Made by a program: the position numbers and the translations under genes. This document shows, in pieces, positions 10,035 through 17,565 of a stretch of DNA of 64,000 nucleotides; within the stretch, counting starts at the first letter, position 1, and every line of letters starts with the position of its first letter. The DNA comes from an uncultured Bdellovibrionales bacterium (GTDB taxonomy: Bacteria; Bdellovibrionota_C; UBA2361; SZUA-149; CAYOZL01). Below the pieces are notes generated by a model. That model saw only the letters and a program-made list of their open reading frames with translations, made no database searches and had not been told where the DNA came from. Location of the stretch: the NCBI GenBank assembly GCA_964408435.1, contig CAYOZL010000004.1, positions 1,839 through 65,838 of the forward strand, given 5' to 3'.

Positions 10035-10709
10035 ATGAAGAATCTTGGCACTCACTTAATCATTCTTTTAATACTTGGCAATTTAAACCTTTGCTTTGCT
10101 CAAAATTCCTACTCTTGGATAGAACCAGATGGAAACAAAGTATACGGAACCAACCCTCCTCAAAATGCTCGCAACATTAAGAATCTTAAGACTAGAGAAC
10201 TCTCTAAATACTCTTCCAAAAAGCTTTTAGATAAAATCTCAGCTAGAGCTTCTTTAAAAAGCTCCCCAGAACTAAAACTAAATGAAGATATTAGCTTTTT
10301 ACCTATATTAGAAGATCCTACTATTAAGTTAAATCCTAAAAACATACTAAGCAAAGAAAAATTCAAAAATAAAATTAAGAAGATAGAAAAAGTTACAAAT
10401 ATCAAATCTAGAGAACCAAGTCTTGAAAACAGTAAGTTAGTTGTCATTCTTGATGAAAAGAATTCAAAGATAATTAACAACTGTAAAGTAGATGTTACAA
10501 ATACTGGTGGTAAAATTGCAAATGAAATTACGATTGCTTTTGAATTTAGAGATGGAACATTAATTGCCGCAACAGGTCCTAGCAGACTAGAAGTAGGAGA
10601 AACTAGAACTTACAAGATGACATTAGATCTCCTTCCATTTAAACTCAACTTTGCACTATCTAGAAAAAAGCCAGAAAAAGATTTCAAGATTAGAGTTAGC
10701 TACAACTAA
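10035..10709 (+). CDS. secreted protein with DUF4124-like N-terminal motif
   Basis: Signal peptide (LGNLNLCFA), then YSWIEPDGNKVYGTNPP, which resembles the DUF4124 Y-x-W-x-D-x-x-G-x-x-x-Y-x-x-x-PP signature. Confidence 0.4.
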   Translation: MKNLGTHLIILLILGNLNLCFAQNSYSWIEPDGNKVYGTNPPQNARNIKNLKTRELSKYSSKKLLDKISARASLKSSPELKLNEDISFLPILEDPTIKLNPKNILSKEKFKNKIKKIEKVTNIKSREPSLENSKLVVILDEKNSKIINNCKVDVTNTGGKIANEITIAFEFRDGTLIAATGPSRLEVGETRTYKMTLDLLPFKLNFALSRKKPEKDFKIRVSYN

Positions 10710-10710
10710 A

Positions 10711-10845
10711 ATATAGTTGACTTAGTTTAATTTTCAGTTAAGCGGCTTCGCCTAATTTTTCTAAAAACCAATCTAAGTCAACTATATATTGTTTTCCCAC
10801 CTCTAGCCAAAGGCTAGTAGCTTCGCTAACGGTACACTCGGCAAT
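10711..10845. repeat. intergenic hairpin element, copy B
   Basis: Perfect 15-bp IR: atatagttgacttag (10711-10725) / ctaagtcaactatat (10773-10787), with a 47-nt spacer. It is followed by tgttttcc, a small hairpin ctagcc-aaa-ggctag (10803-10817) and a GC-rich ...cactcggc tail. Confidence 0.7.
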
Positions 10846-10848
10846 ATA

Positions 10849-12492
10849 CTAAACTTTTGCAAGATAAAACAAACCTTCATCTCCATCACATGCTCTTTTT
10901 AGCTTAGAGACTATACTTGGTTTTATCTTTAACTTTTCATAATTTATTTTTGATATTAGATAATAACCCTTATTTAATCTATTTAAATCTCCAGGTCTTA
11001 ATATTTTTACTGGCCTACTATAGTAAAAGAAAAAAACATCTAAAGATTCGTCTCTATCCTCTTTTATTACCTTGATTTCACTGTCTTTAGGCACCACAGA
11101 TAAAACCTTAGAAACAATCTTGTCATATGAATGAGTTTGATACTTTACTCTTTCTAGAAAAGGTAAAAAAACCAAATATATTTGAAAGACAAAACTTAAG
11201 AGCACTATTAAGAAATTTCTCAAATCTCTCTTATTGTTATAATTAGATATAAAAAAATTCGAAGCTATAGATAAGACTAAGCTTATAGATAAAAAATATG
11301 GATAGTAATCAGAAACTACCTTTTTATATTCTAATACTGTTAAAGAATATTTTGCCAGAAAATCTTTTTCATTTAAAAAATCTACTGTAGTTGGCAAAAA
11401 CAATAAAAGAATTAAAAAAACTGGAAGAAATGAATAGCTTTTTCTAATTTTAAAATAAAATCTATTAGCATTCTTCAACACAAGAAAAATACTTAATATT
11501 AGGAAAGGTAACGCTGTTAATAGATAAGATCTTCTTTTTCCTGCGCTAAAAGATAATAAGAAAATAATAGAAAAGAGTAGAGTTAAAATTATTTTTAGTC
11601 TTTTATCTTTTACAGAAAGAAAATTGACATTTAATATTAATATAAAAAATACCCATGGCAAGCCTTGAGTGAATAAATGTTGCAAGTAAAACCACCATGG
11701 CTTAACTGTAATCCCCTTTAGACCCAAAGCTCTATTAATATTTTCAAAGAAAATTTGTTTTTCAATGATCTGATAACCATAACTATCAGTGGCAAAGTAA
11801 TACCAAATAATAGGAATAATAATCGCTAGTAGCCAAGCTGGCCTAAGGATTTGAAATACTGCTTTAAAACCAAAAATCAAATAAGAACTAATAAGTATTA
11901 ATATTACTGGCAGAACAAAGCCTATAGGGCCTTTAGTTAAAACTGAGAGTCCAAGTAAGAGGCTAATAAGAAGATAATACTTTTTTTCAATATAACTAAT
12001 TTTTTCTTTAGCATCATAAGCTAAAAAAACTCTTTCTAACCAAATAAATACTGCTGAAAGAATTAAAAAATTAAATAACATATCAACTCTACCATCAACA
12101 CCAAGATTAAAAAAACCATACGTAGTAAATAAGAAGAGAGAACAAATACAAGCAAGCGCAGTAGGTAAAAACTTTTTTGAAAAAGAGTAGAAAGCTATTA
12201 GAAAGAAACAAGAAGATAAAATAGATGTGAGCCTAAGTGTATAAGAATTCAATGTGTTAAAAAATTTCGCGAATGAAAAGCTAAACCAATGAAACAGTGG
12301 TGGCTTAGACGGTAAAATTGAATCCAATCTCAGAGGGAATAAGATCTCTCCAGTCTCTAACATTGCCTTTATAACATGCCCTTCTCTTGCTTCTGAGACT
12401 TGATAAACAGGGATTATTATGGAGAACAGACTAAGAGTTATAAAACTCAAAAGAAATATTAAAACTATATTTTGACTATCTTGTTTGTTCAT
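10849..12492 (-). CDS. GT-C glycosyltransferase family 39 (ArnT / PMT-like) membrane protein
   Basis: N-terminal EAREGHVIKAMLETGEILFPLRLDSILPSKPPLFHWF matches the ArnT/PMT first-loop motif (acidic residue, E/D-x-R...KPPL-x-x-W). 547 aa, polytopic. Confidence 0.7.
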   Translation of the reverse strand: MNKQDSQNIVLIFLLSFITLSLFSIIIPVYQVSEAREGHVIKAMLETGEILFPLRLDSILPSKPPLFHWFSFSFAKFFNTLNSYTLRLTSILSSCFFLIAFYSFSKKFLPTALACICSLFLFTTYGFFNLGVDGRVDMLFNFLILSAVFIWLERVFLAYDAKEKISYIEKKYYLLISLLLGLSVLTKGPIGFVLPVILILISSYLIFGFKAVFQILRPAWLLAIIIPIIWYYFATDSYGYQIIEKQIFFENINRALGLKGITVKPWWFYLQHLFTQGLPWVFFILILNVNFLSVKDKRLKIILTLLFSIIFLLSFSAGKRRSYLLTALPFLILSIFLVLKNANRFYFKIRKSYSFLPVFLILLLFLPTTVDFLNEKDFLAKYSLTVLEYKKVVSDYYPYFLSISLVLSIASNFFISNYNNKRDLRNFLIVLLSFVFQIYLVFLPFLERVKYQTHSYDKIVSKVLSVVPKDSEIKVIKEDRDESLDVFFFYYSRPVKILRPGDLNRLNKGYYLISKINYEKLKIKPSIVSKLKRACDGDEGLFYLAKV

Positions 12493-12595
12493 TTAGAGTA
12501 TTTAGTTAATACAGAGCTAATCCAAGATAATCAATTAACTGCTTATGTAAAAGGTATAATTTGAGTATAGACTTCTTAACTGCTTAGAATGCAGA

Positions 12596-12621
12596 TTTGG
12601 GGCTGTTATTACAGCCCCAAA
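12596..12621 (-). terminator. GC-rich hairpin downstream of the sigma-factor gene
   Basis: Perfect 10-bp stem tttggggctg (12596-12605) / cagccccaaa (12612-12621) with a 6-nt loop, 9 nt past the stop at 12630. The flanking U-tract is weak. Confidence 0.5.
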
Positions 12622-12629
12622 TTAAGCTT

Positions 12630-13433
12630 TTATGAAGCTAGTCTCTTATCAGAAATTCTTCTAGCTCTTCTTTTATGCTTAGGCTTTTTATCTTTTGGGT
12701 CTTTACTAAGATTAGCTTTCATTTGACCTAGTGCCGACTTTTTCACTCTTGAGATATGACATCTGCTGTATCCTAATGATTTAGCAATATCAACTAGAGG
12801 TTGCTCTTTTTGATAAGAACGAATTAGAATCTGTTTCTCTAAATCATCTAATTTAGACAAAGCTTCTCTACATTCATTAATTTTTTCATTTCTCAAAATT
12901 TTCTTTTCAGGAGTTTCTACTTCTTTCTTTCCAAAAACTGATTGATCTGGAACATAGCCCCATAAGACTTCAGCATCTATATCATGCCACTCACTTGCTT
13001 CAATACCAGTGCCTGCTGCAAACGCCATGAAAATATTTCCTTGGTGTGCTGCTTTTGAAACAGTTCTAACAAGATGCCCTCTTAGATGATAAAAGAAGAA
13101 AGTCATAAACGCTGCTCCCTTATCAGGACAATATCTTTTAGCAGCCTCACATAGTGCTAAATCTACAACACTATCAATTTCATCACTTGGCATGCGAACT
13201 CTCCATTTACGAAGAATGCTTCTTCCAAGTTTGCGACCATTTTCTCTGTGCTCTAATACTAATTCATCAAAAGTTTTTTTAACTGCTTTTTTCTTAGTAG
13301 TCTTTTTGGCAACTTTTTTAACTACTTTCTTTGCTACAACCTTTTTAGTTGCCTTTTTAGTGCTCTTTTTTAATAGCACTTTTGGCTCCTTGCCCAATCC
13401 TTTGGCTTTACTCTTCAACATATCCTTCTCCAA
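12630..13433 (-). CDS. sigma-70 family RNA polymerase sigma factor (group 3/FliA-like size) with an N-terminal lysine-rich histone-H1-like tail
   Basis: Residues ~10-55 are KK/AKK repeats (KKSTKKATKKVVAKKVVKKVAKKTTKKKAVKK). Region 2 is DLALCEAAKRYCPDKGAAFMTFFFYHLRGHL. Region 4 HTH is LVDIAKSLGYSRCHISRVKKSAL. Confidence 0.75.
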   Translation of the reverse strand: MEKDMLKSKAKGLGKEPKVLLKKSTKKATKKVVAKKVVKKVAKKTTKKKAVKKTFDELVLEHRENGRKLGRSILRKWRVRMPSDEIDSVVDLALCEAAKRYCPDKGAAFMTFFFYHLRGHLVRTVSKAAHQGNIFMAFAAGTGIEASEWHDIDAEVLWGYVPDQSVFGKKEVETPEKKILRNEKINECREALSKLDDLEKQILIRSYQKEQPLVDIAKSLGYSRCHISRVKKSALGQMKANLSKDPKDKKPKHKRRARRISDKRLAS

Positions 13434-13602
13434 AACCTGCTAGCTAAGTCATTTAGCTAGGACACTCACTAATCAAAAATCATGCCAATACACTTCATTT
13501 CTATGCTAAGTAGCTATAAATCCTATGGAATTTCTAAGGAGTTTTATGTATTTAAGCTATTTTTAGCTTATGTCGTAGACATATATAAGGTAAGGTCTAA
13601 AT

Positions 13603-14460
13603 ATGAATGAAAGTACAAATAATGAAGAATTTGCTCCTGGCTCAGAAGAGTACATAGCAAAACTAACCGAAGAGAATATGGGTTGGGCAACTAGTATTGC
13701 TAAATCTGTAGCACGAGCATGGAATATGGATTGGCAGCTAGATGGGCTTGATGGTGGAGCTTTTGAGGGCTTGTTATTCTGCGCACGTAGATATGACCCA
13801 GCTAGAGGAGTGCCATTTAGAGGTTACGCAAGAAGAAGAATCCATGAAGCATGCACAGAAGAAGCGAGAAAATCTAAAGCTTGGCAACGAGGCACAGGCT
13901 CACAAAGTAACGAAGAACAAGAAGCTAGAGAACTATCAGTTAAGTTAATGACTGTATTCCCTGAGTTAAGAATGGGACAAATTCCTTGGGATGATAAATC
14001 AGGAGACTTTAGTGTTACACTTCGAAGCTCAGTTAGACAATTATTAGCAGGAGCCAATTTATTAGCGGCATTTCAAGAGTCAATCTCTGAGAATCCAGAA
14101 TTAACAGTAGAATATAAGCAACTGGTAGAAATGCTTGCAGAGCTTGAGCCTGTTCATCAGGAAATAATCTGGTCAGTTTACTATAAAGGTCAGTCTATGC
14201 GTTCGCTTGCTGAAGAATGGAAAGTGGATGATCTCTCTGTAATTAGAGAACATAAAGATTTATTAAAATTCTTATCTAAAAAATTTGAATTTGGTAAAGA
14301 TAGGAATGCAGTAAAAATTAAAATTAGAAGAGGGCTAAGAACAGTTGCTCAAGAAATGAAGAGAACTAACAAAGTAGGATCATTTTCATCAATAGTTAGG
14401 TCTTTTATTTATGTACTTCTTTTTAATATAAGTAATTTCAATATAGGTAACTTGTTATGA
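13603..14460 (+). CDS. sigma-70 family RNA polymerase sigma factor (divergent, FliA/group-3-like)
   Basis: Region 2 is GLLFCARRYDPARGVPFRGYARRRIHEA. Region 4-like segment is EIIWSVYYKGQSMRSLAEEWKVDDLSVIREHK. It is divergently transcribed from the other sigma gene, and the hydrophobic C-terminal ~25 aa is unusual. Confidence 0.65.
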   Translation: MNESTNNEEFAPGSEEYIAKLTEENMGWATSIAKSVARAWNMDWQLDGLDGGAFEGLLFCARRYDPARGVPFRGYARRRIHEACTEEARKSKAWQRGTGSQSNEEQEARELSVKLMTVFPELRMGQIPWDDKSGDFSVTLRSSVRQLLAGANLLAAFQESISENPELTVEYKQLVEMLAELEPVHQEIIWSVYYKGQSMRSLAEEWKVDDLSVIREHKDLLKFLSKKFEFGKDRNAVKIKIRRGLRTVAQEMKRTNKVGSFSSIVRSFIYVLLFNISNFNIGNLL

Positions 14461-14753
14461 TAAAAAAAATAGATGGTGCAAATAAAACTAAAAAGACTTC
14501 ATCAGTTGAATCTTCAACTGAGGTAAGTTCAGTTAACAAAACATCTGGAGTTAGCAAGACTAACAAAACTGAATTCAGGGCTCCAACTAGAGAGATTACT
14601 CCTGAATTAAAGAAACAGTTATTTCAAATCCTAGAGGACGAAGCAGATAAACTTCTATCTGATGAAGGAATTTCAGATAAGAGAAAGTCTAGAGTAAAAA
14701 ATGCGTTAAAAATGGCAATTGATGCTGGGAACGTAGAAGAGAACAAAGAATAA
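14457..14753 (+). CDS. small S/T-rich protein, possible FlgM-like anti-sigma factor
   Basis: Its start overlaps the sigma-gene stop (ATGA). 98 aa with a disordered S/T/K-rich N-half. The C-terminal SRVKNALKMAIDAGNV resembles the FlgM motif (ERVEALKLAIRNGELK in enterobacterial FlgM). This is pattern-level similarity only. Confidence 0.3.
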   Translation: MIKKIDGANKTKKTSSVESSTEVSSVNKTSGVSKTNKTEFRAPTREITPELKKQLFQILEDEADKLLSDEGISDKRKSRVKNALKMAIDAGNVEENKE

Positions 14754-14755
14754 AC

Positions 14756-15160
14756 TTACTTCAAAAGTTCTCTTGTTCTAATTAAAAGAGCTTCTAACAA
14801 TTTAAGCTCTTCTTTACCCAGTGTTTTCTTAGAGCTTTCTATTACCTCAACAAGCAAGCTTTGAGCTCTCTTATACTCTCTAGTTGCGATAAAACAAACA
14901 GCAAGGCCAATTTTTGCAGAACTACTATATATCCCTTTTTCTATACATACTCTAAAGTGAGCACTAGCATCACTATAAAAACCTAGCTCTAATCTTACTA
15001 GGGCTAATCCTATCTTTGAAGGAGTAGAATTATTATCAACACAAGACAAGCCAGAGAATATTCTCTCTGCAGGAGCGAATATTCCTGTTTCATAGTACAT
15101 CCTGCCTAGTTCATATATAGAGTAGAATAAATCTACAGGATACTTCCCATTTTGATCCAT
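14756..15160 (-). CDS. TPR-type type III secretion chaperone-like protein
   Basis: 134 aa, all-helical, with three TPR-like units (YELGRMYYETGIFAPAERIF, GLALVRLELGFYSDASAHF, GLAVCFIATREYKRAQSLL). It is the last gene of the sct operon. Size and architecture resemble LcrH/SycD or YscG class chaperones. Confidence 0.5.
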   Translation of the reverse strand: MDQNGKYPVDLFYSIYELGRMYYETGIFAPAERIFSGLSCVDNNSTPSKIGLALVRLELGFYSDASAHFRVCIEKGIYSSSAKIGLAVCFIATREYKRAQSLLVEVIESSKKTLGKEELKLLEALLIRTRELLK

Positions 15161-15447
15161 GAAATCACCTGTTGTAACATTGATATTTCTTTTAAAGAGC
15201 TTTCCTGACTTGTTTCTGAATCAATAAGTTGCTCTAGGCGTTGCTCTAAAAACTCAAGAGAACCAGAAAGACTATTTAAATCTCCATGCTCTTTGAGTAA
15301 AACTGAAAAAGGAATAATAGATAACCTGCTTTTAAAATGAGAAAGCTCTTGTTCTTTAAGTCCCTTAACAACTGGTAGTTGCTTAGTCATGAATTGGTCT
15401 TTATTCTCGACCTCATTCTCTATCTTGTTATCGACCGTATCATCCAT
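15133..15447 (-). CDS. hypothetical 104-aa acidic protein in the sct operon
   Basis: Its start overlaps the sctU stop (ATGGATGA) and its 3' end overlaps the chaperone gene by 28 nt. No motif was recognised and NPTH is absent. Confidence 0.4.
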   Translation of the reverse strand: MDDTVDNKIENEVENKDQFMTKQLPVVKGLKEQELSHFKSRLSIIPFSVLLKEHGDLNSLSGSLEFLEQRLEQLIDSETSQESSLKEISMLQQVISWIKMGSIL

Positions 15448-16075
15448 ATCTTCTTGCCTGCTGCTCTCTCACTTCTGCCTGGTACTCTTCCTCTGTCATC
15501 ATATGATCAAATCTAAAACATAGCCAATTAATAAAATACGAACAAACTCCAAAAGATAAAAAGATAGTTGAAATTTTTAAAGAAAAACTCGCTAACATCT
15601 TTAACAAAACTTTATACTGAGAGATAAAATATGTTTTTCTGAAACTCAATAATATAAACTCTTCAAAAGAATTCTCAGCAATCCTAAATAGTATTAAAAC
15701 TAAAAGGATTAAACAGATTAAATGCAAGAAAGTATTTAAAGAAAGAATCTTTTTCGGCGAATAAAACCTAGAGAATCTAGGTACAACTAATCCAAGATTA
15801 AAATAAAATTTACTAAAAACTAAATTAACTAAATTCAATAAAAGCATTATGCTAAAAAACAAAAACAAAACTTTTATTAAAATATTATAATTTACAAATT
15901 GAATGTCTTCCTTGAAAAATAAATATTTAGAATAATCAAAATTACATATTAAATTTAAAAATAAACAAAATAAAAAAAACTTAATCGAGTTTAAAAAATA
16001 ATTACTTTTAACGAATATACCTTTGGCTTTTAAAGTTTTTAATTTACTTTCCGAAGCAGGGTATTTTTTATTCAT
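15440..16075 (-). CDS. sctU: type III secretion export apparatus protein SctU/FlhB, transmembrane domain only
   Basis: N-terminal SESKLKTLKAKGIFVKSNYF parallels the FlhB/SctU motif (E-x-PT-x-x-(R/K)-L-x-(K/R)-A-R-x-x-G-x-(V/I)-x-(K/R)-S). Four hydrophobic segments follow. It ends MMTEEEYQAEVREQQARRYG, just after the (M/L)(S/T)xxExKxExK linker. At 211 aa there is no NPTH autocleavage domain. Confidence 0.7.
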   Translation of the reverse strand: MNKKYPASESKLKTLKAKGIFVKSNYFLNSIKFFLFCLFLNLICNFDYSKYLFFKEDIQFVNYNILIKVLFLFFSIMLLLNLVNLVFSKFYFNLGLVVPRFSRFYSPKKILSLNTFLHLICLILLVLILFRIAENSFEEFILLSFRKTYFISQYKVLLKMLASFSLKISTIFLSFGVCSYFINWLCFRFDHMMTEEEYQAEVREQQARRYG

Positions 16076-16695
16076 TTTTTACTCTTAACATCTAATATTA
16101 ATTTTTGAGAATCAACGATTTCTTTAAAAATAGAGTTATAACTATCAAAAGATTGAACAAACACGAATAGAACTATAACTAGAGAAGATATTTTAAAAAA
16201 TGAATTGTTAATACTCTTATTTGAAATAAGAACAAGGCAAGTAAAAACTATGGCAGTAAACAAGGATAAAAATAGCAACTGCACTAAAGGTTGAAAAGAC
16301 ATGTCAAAAGATAAAGCACTCATCTTATCTAAACTAAAAGAACCTCCATTAAAGAAGTCTGTATAGCTATAAATATAAGAAAAATAATCTAATTTTAACA
16401 ACTGCACTAATAAATCTAGAGAAAAAAAGATTTGCACAGATTTCAATTTTGGAAAAAATAATCGGCTTGCTGTTTTACTATATAAATCAATAAATAGAAT
16501 CGGCATTGAAAAAAGTAAGCCTAAGGAAAAACCATGTAACAAATCAACTAACAAGTTTTGTTCGTAAAAAGACTTAGAAAAAATAAAGAAAAGCATTAGA
16601 AATGTTACTGAAATAAATAATTTATTTAAAAATAACCTTAAAATAAAAAAAGTTACAGTTAGAAATACCGTTAAAGATACGATCTCAACTTCCAT
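16072..16695 (-). CDS. sctT: type III secretion export apparatus protein SctT/FliR-like (very divergent)
   Basis: 207-aa polytopic protein lying exactly between sctS and sctU, with overlapping start/stop codons on both sides. The assignment rests on synteny and topology rather than motifs. Confidence 0.55.
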   Translation of the reverse strand: MEVEIVSLTVFLTVTFFILRLFLNKLFISVTFLMLFFIFSKSFYEQNLLVDLLHGFSLGLLFSMPILFIDLYSKTASRLFFPKLKSVQIFFSLDLLVQLLKLDYFSYIYSYTDFFNGGSFSLDKMSALSFDMSFQPLVQLLFLSLFTAIVFTCLVLISNKSINNSFFKISSLVIVLFVFVQSFDSYNSIFKEIVDSQKLILDVKSKK

Positions 16696-16936
16696 AGTAC
16701 TTCAAGCTACCCCACATATCTTTTGTAAAGTTTACAATTTGTTTCATCCAAGAATCTTTAAGAAAATAGACCAGGATAAATACAGAACTAAATTTAAAAA
16801 CAAACCCTAAGGATCTATCCTGTACTTGCGTGGCTACTTTAATAAGAGCAACTATGAAGCCAAGAATTCCAAGAAGTATAAAAACTGGCAACATTGAATT
16901 AAAAAATAATCTAAATGTATTTATTATTTCAGCCAT
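16685..16936 (-). CDS. sctS: type III secretion export apparatus protein SctS/FliQ
   Basis: 83 aa with a two-TM hairpin. VATQVQDRSLGFVFKF corresponds to the FliQ/SctS Q-(I/V)-Q-(E/D)-x-(T/S)-L-x-F-x-P-K block. It sits between sctR and sctT. Confidence 0.75.
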   Translation of the reverse strand: MAEIINTFRLFFNSMLPVFILLGILGFIVALIKVATQVQDRSLGFVFKFSSVFILVYFLKDSWMKQIVNFTKDMWGSLKYYGS

Positions 16937-16938
16937 TT

Positions 16939-17565
16939 CTATACGATATAAGACTTTATAAGATTAGTAGAAATAATAGCCCAGCCATCTACCGTTACAA
17001 ACAAAAGCAATTTCAGTGGGAGTGAGACTAAAAAGAAATCGATATTAACAATATCTAAGGCTGTTAATACCGTACTCACTATCAAGTCAATTAAGAGTAA
17101 GGGTAAAAATAAGGTTAATCCTAATTTAAACGCTTTTGTTATTTCAGAGATTACAAAAGCTGGCAGTAAAGTCCTTGAACTTGGATTATCCTCTGAATTT
17201 ATCTGCATAATTCTTTCAAGATGCTTTCTTTCTGTATTTTTCTCTAAAAATTCAGACCATTTAGAAGAAATTGAACTATATACTTCTTTTTTTTGGCTCT
17301 GATTTAAATCTTTGATACTGGTTGATTGATTAAGCTCTAAGTTTATATTTTCTATTGTAGGGTACATTACATAGAGTGCCAATGAGAAGGACAAAGAAGA
17401 AAGCACCAAGATAGATGGAATCCCTCTAAAACCTAAACCTAAGCTTAAAATATAAAGAACAACTGATATTTTAATAAAAGCACTAAAAAAAACTATTAGT
17501 GCAAATACCAAAAGTGCAGGCTCTAGATTTGAATACTGTGCTAAAAATTGAATAATAATATCCAT
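16939..17565 (-). CDS. sctR: type III secretion export apparatus protein SctR/FliP
   Basis: FIKISVVLYILSLGLG and LPAFVISEITKAFKLGLTLFLPLLLIDLIVSTVLTALDIV...LPLKLLLFVTVDGW match the two conserved FliP/SctR blocks. Confidence 0.85.
   Translation of the reverse strand: MDIIIQFLAQYSNLEPALLVFALIVFFSAFIKISVVLYILSLGLGFRGIPSILVLSSLSFSLALYVMYPTIENINLELNQSTSIKDLNQSQKKEVYSSISSKWSEFLEKNTERKHLERIMQINSEDNPSSRTLLPAFVISEITKAFKLGLTLFLPLLLIDLIVSTVLTALDIVNIDFFLVSLPLKLLLFVTVDGWAIISTNLIKSYIV

Noticed and set aside
15133-15447. The 104-aa ORF as a detached SctU C-terminal (autocleavage) domain, or sctU as a frameshifted pseudogene
   Set aside because: The sequence has no NPTH/NPEH and no resemblance to the PTH-loop or to the flanking beta-strand pattern of FlhB/SctU C-domains. 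The overlap is a clean ATGGATGA coupling rather than a disrupted frame.
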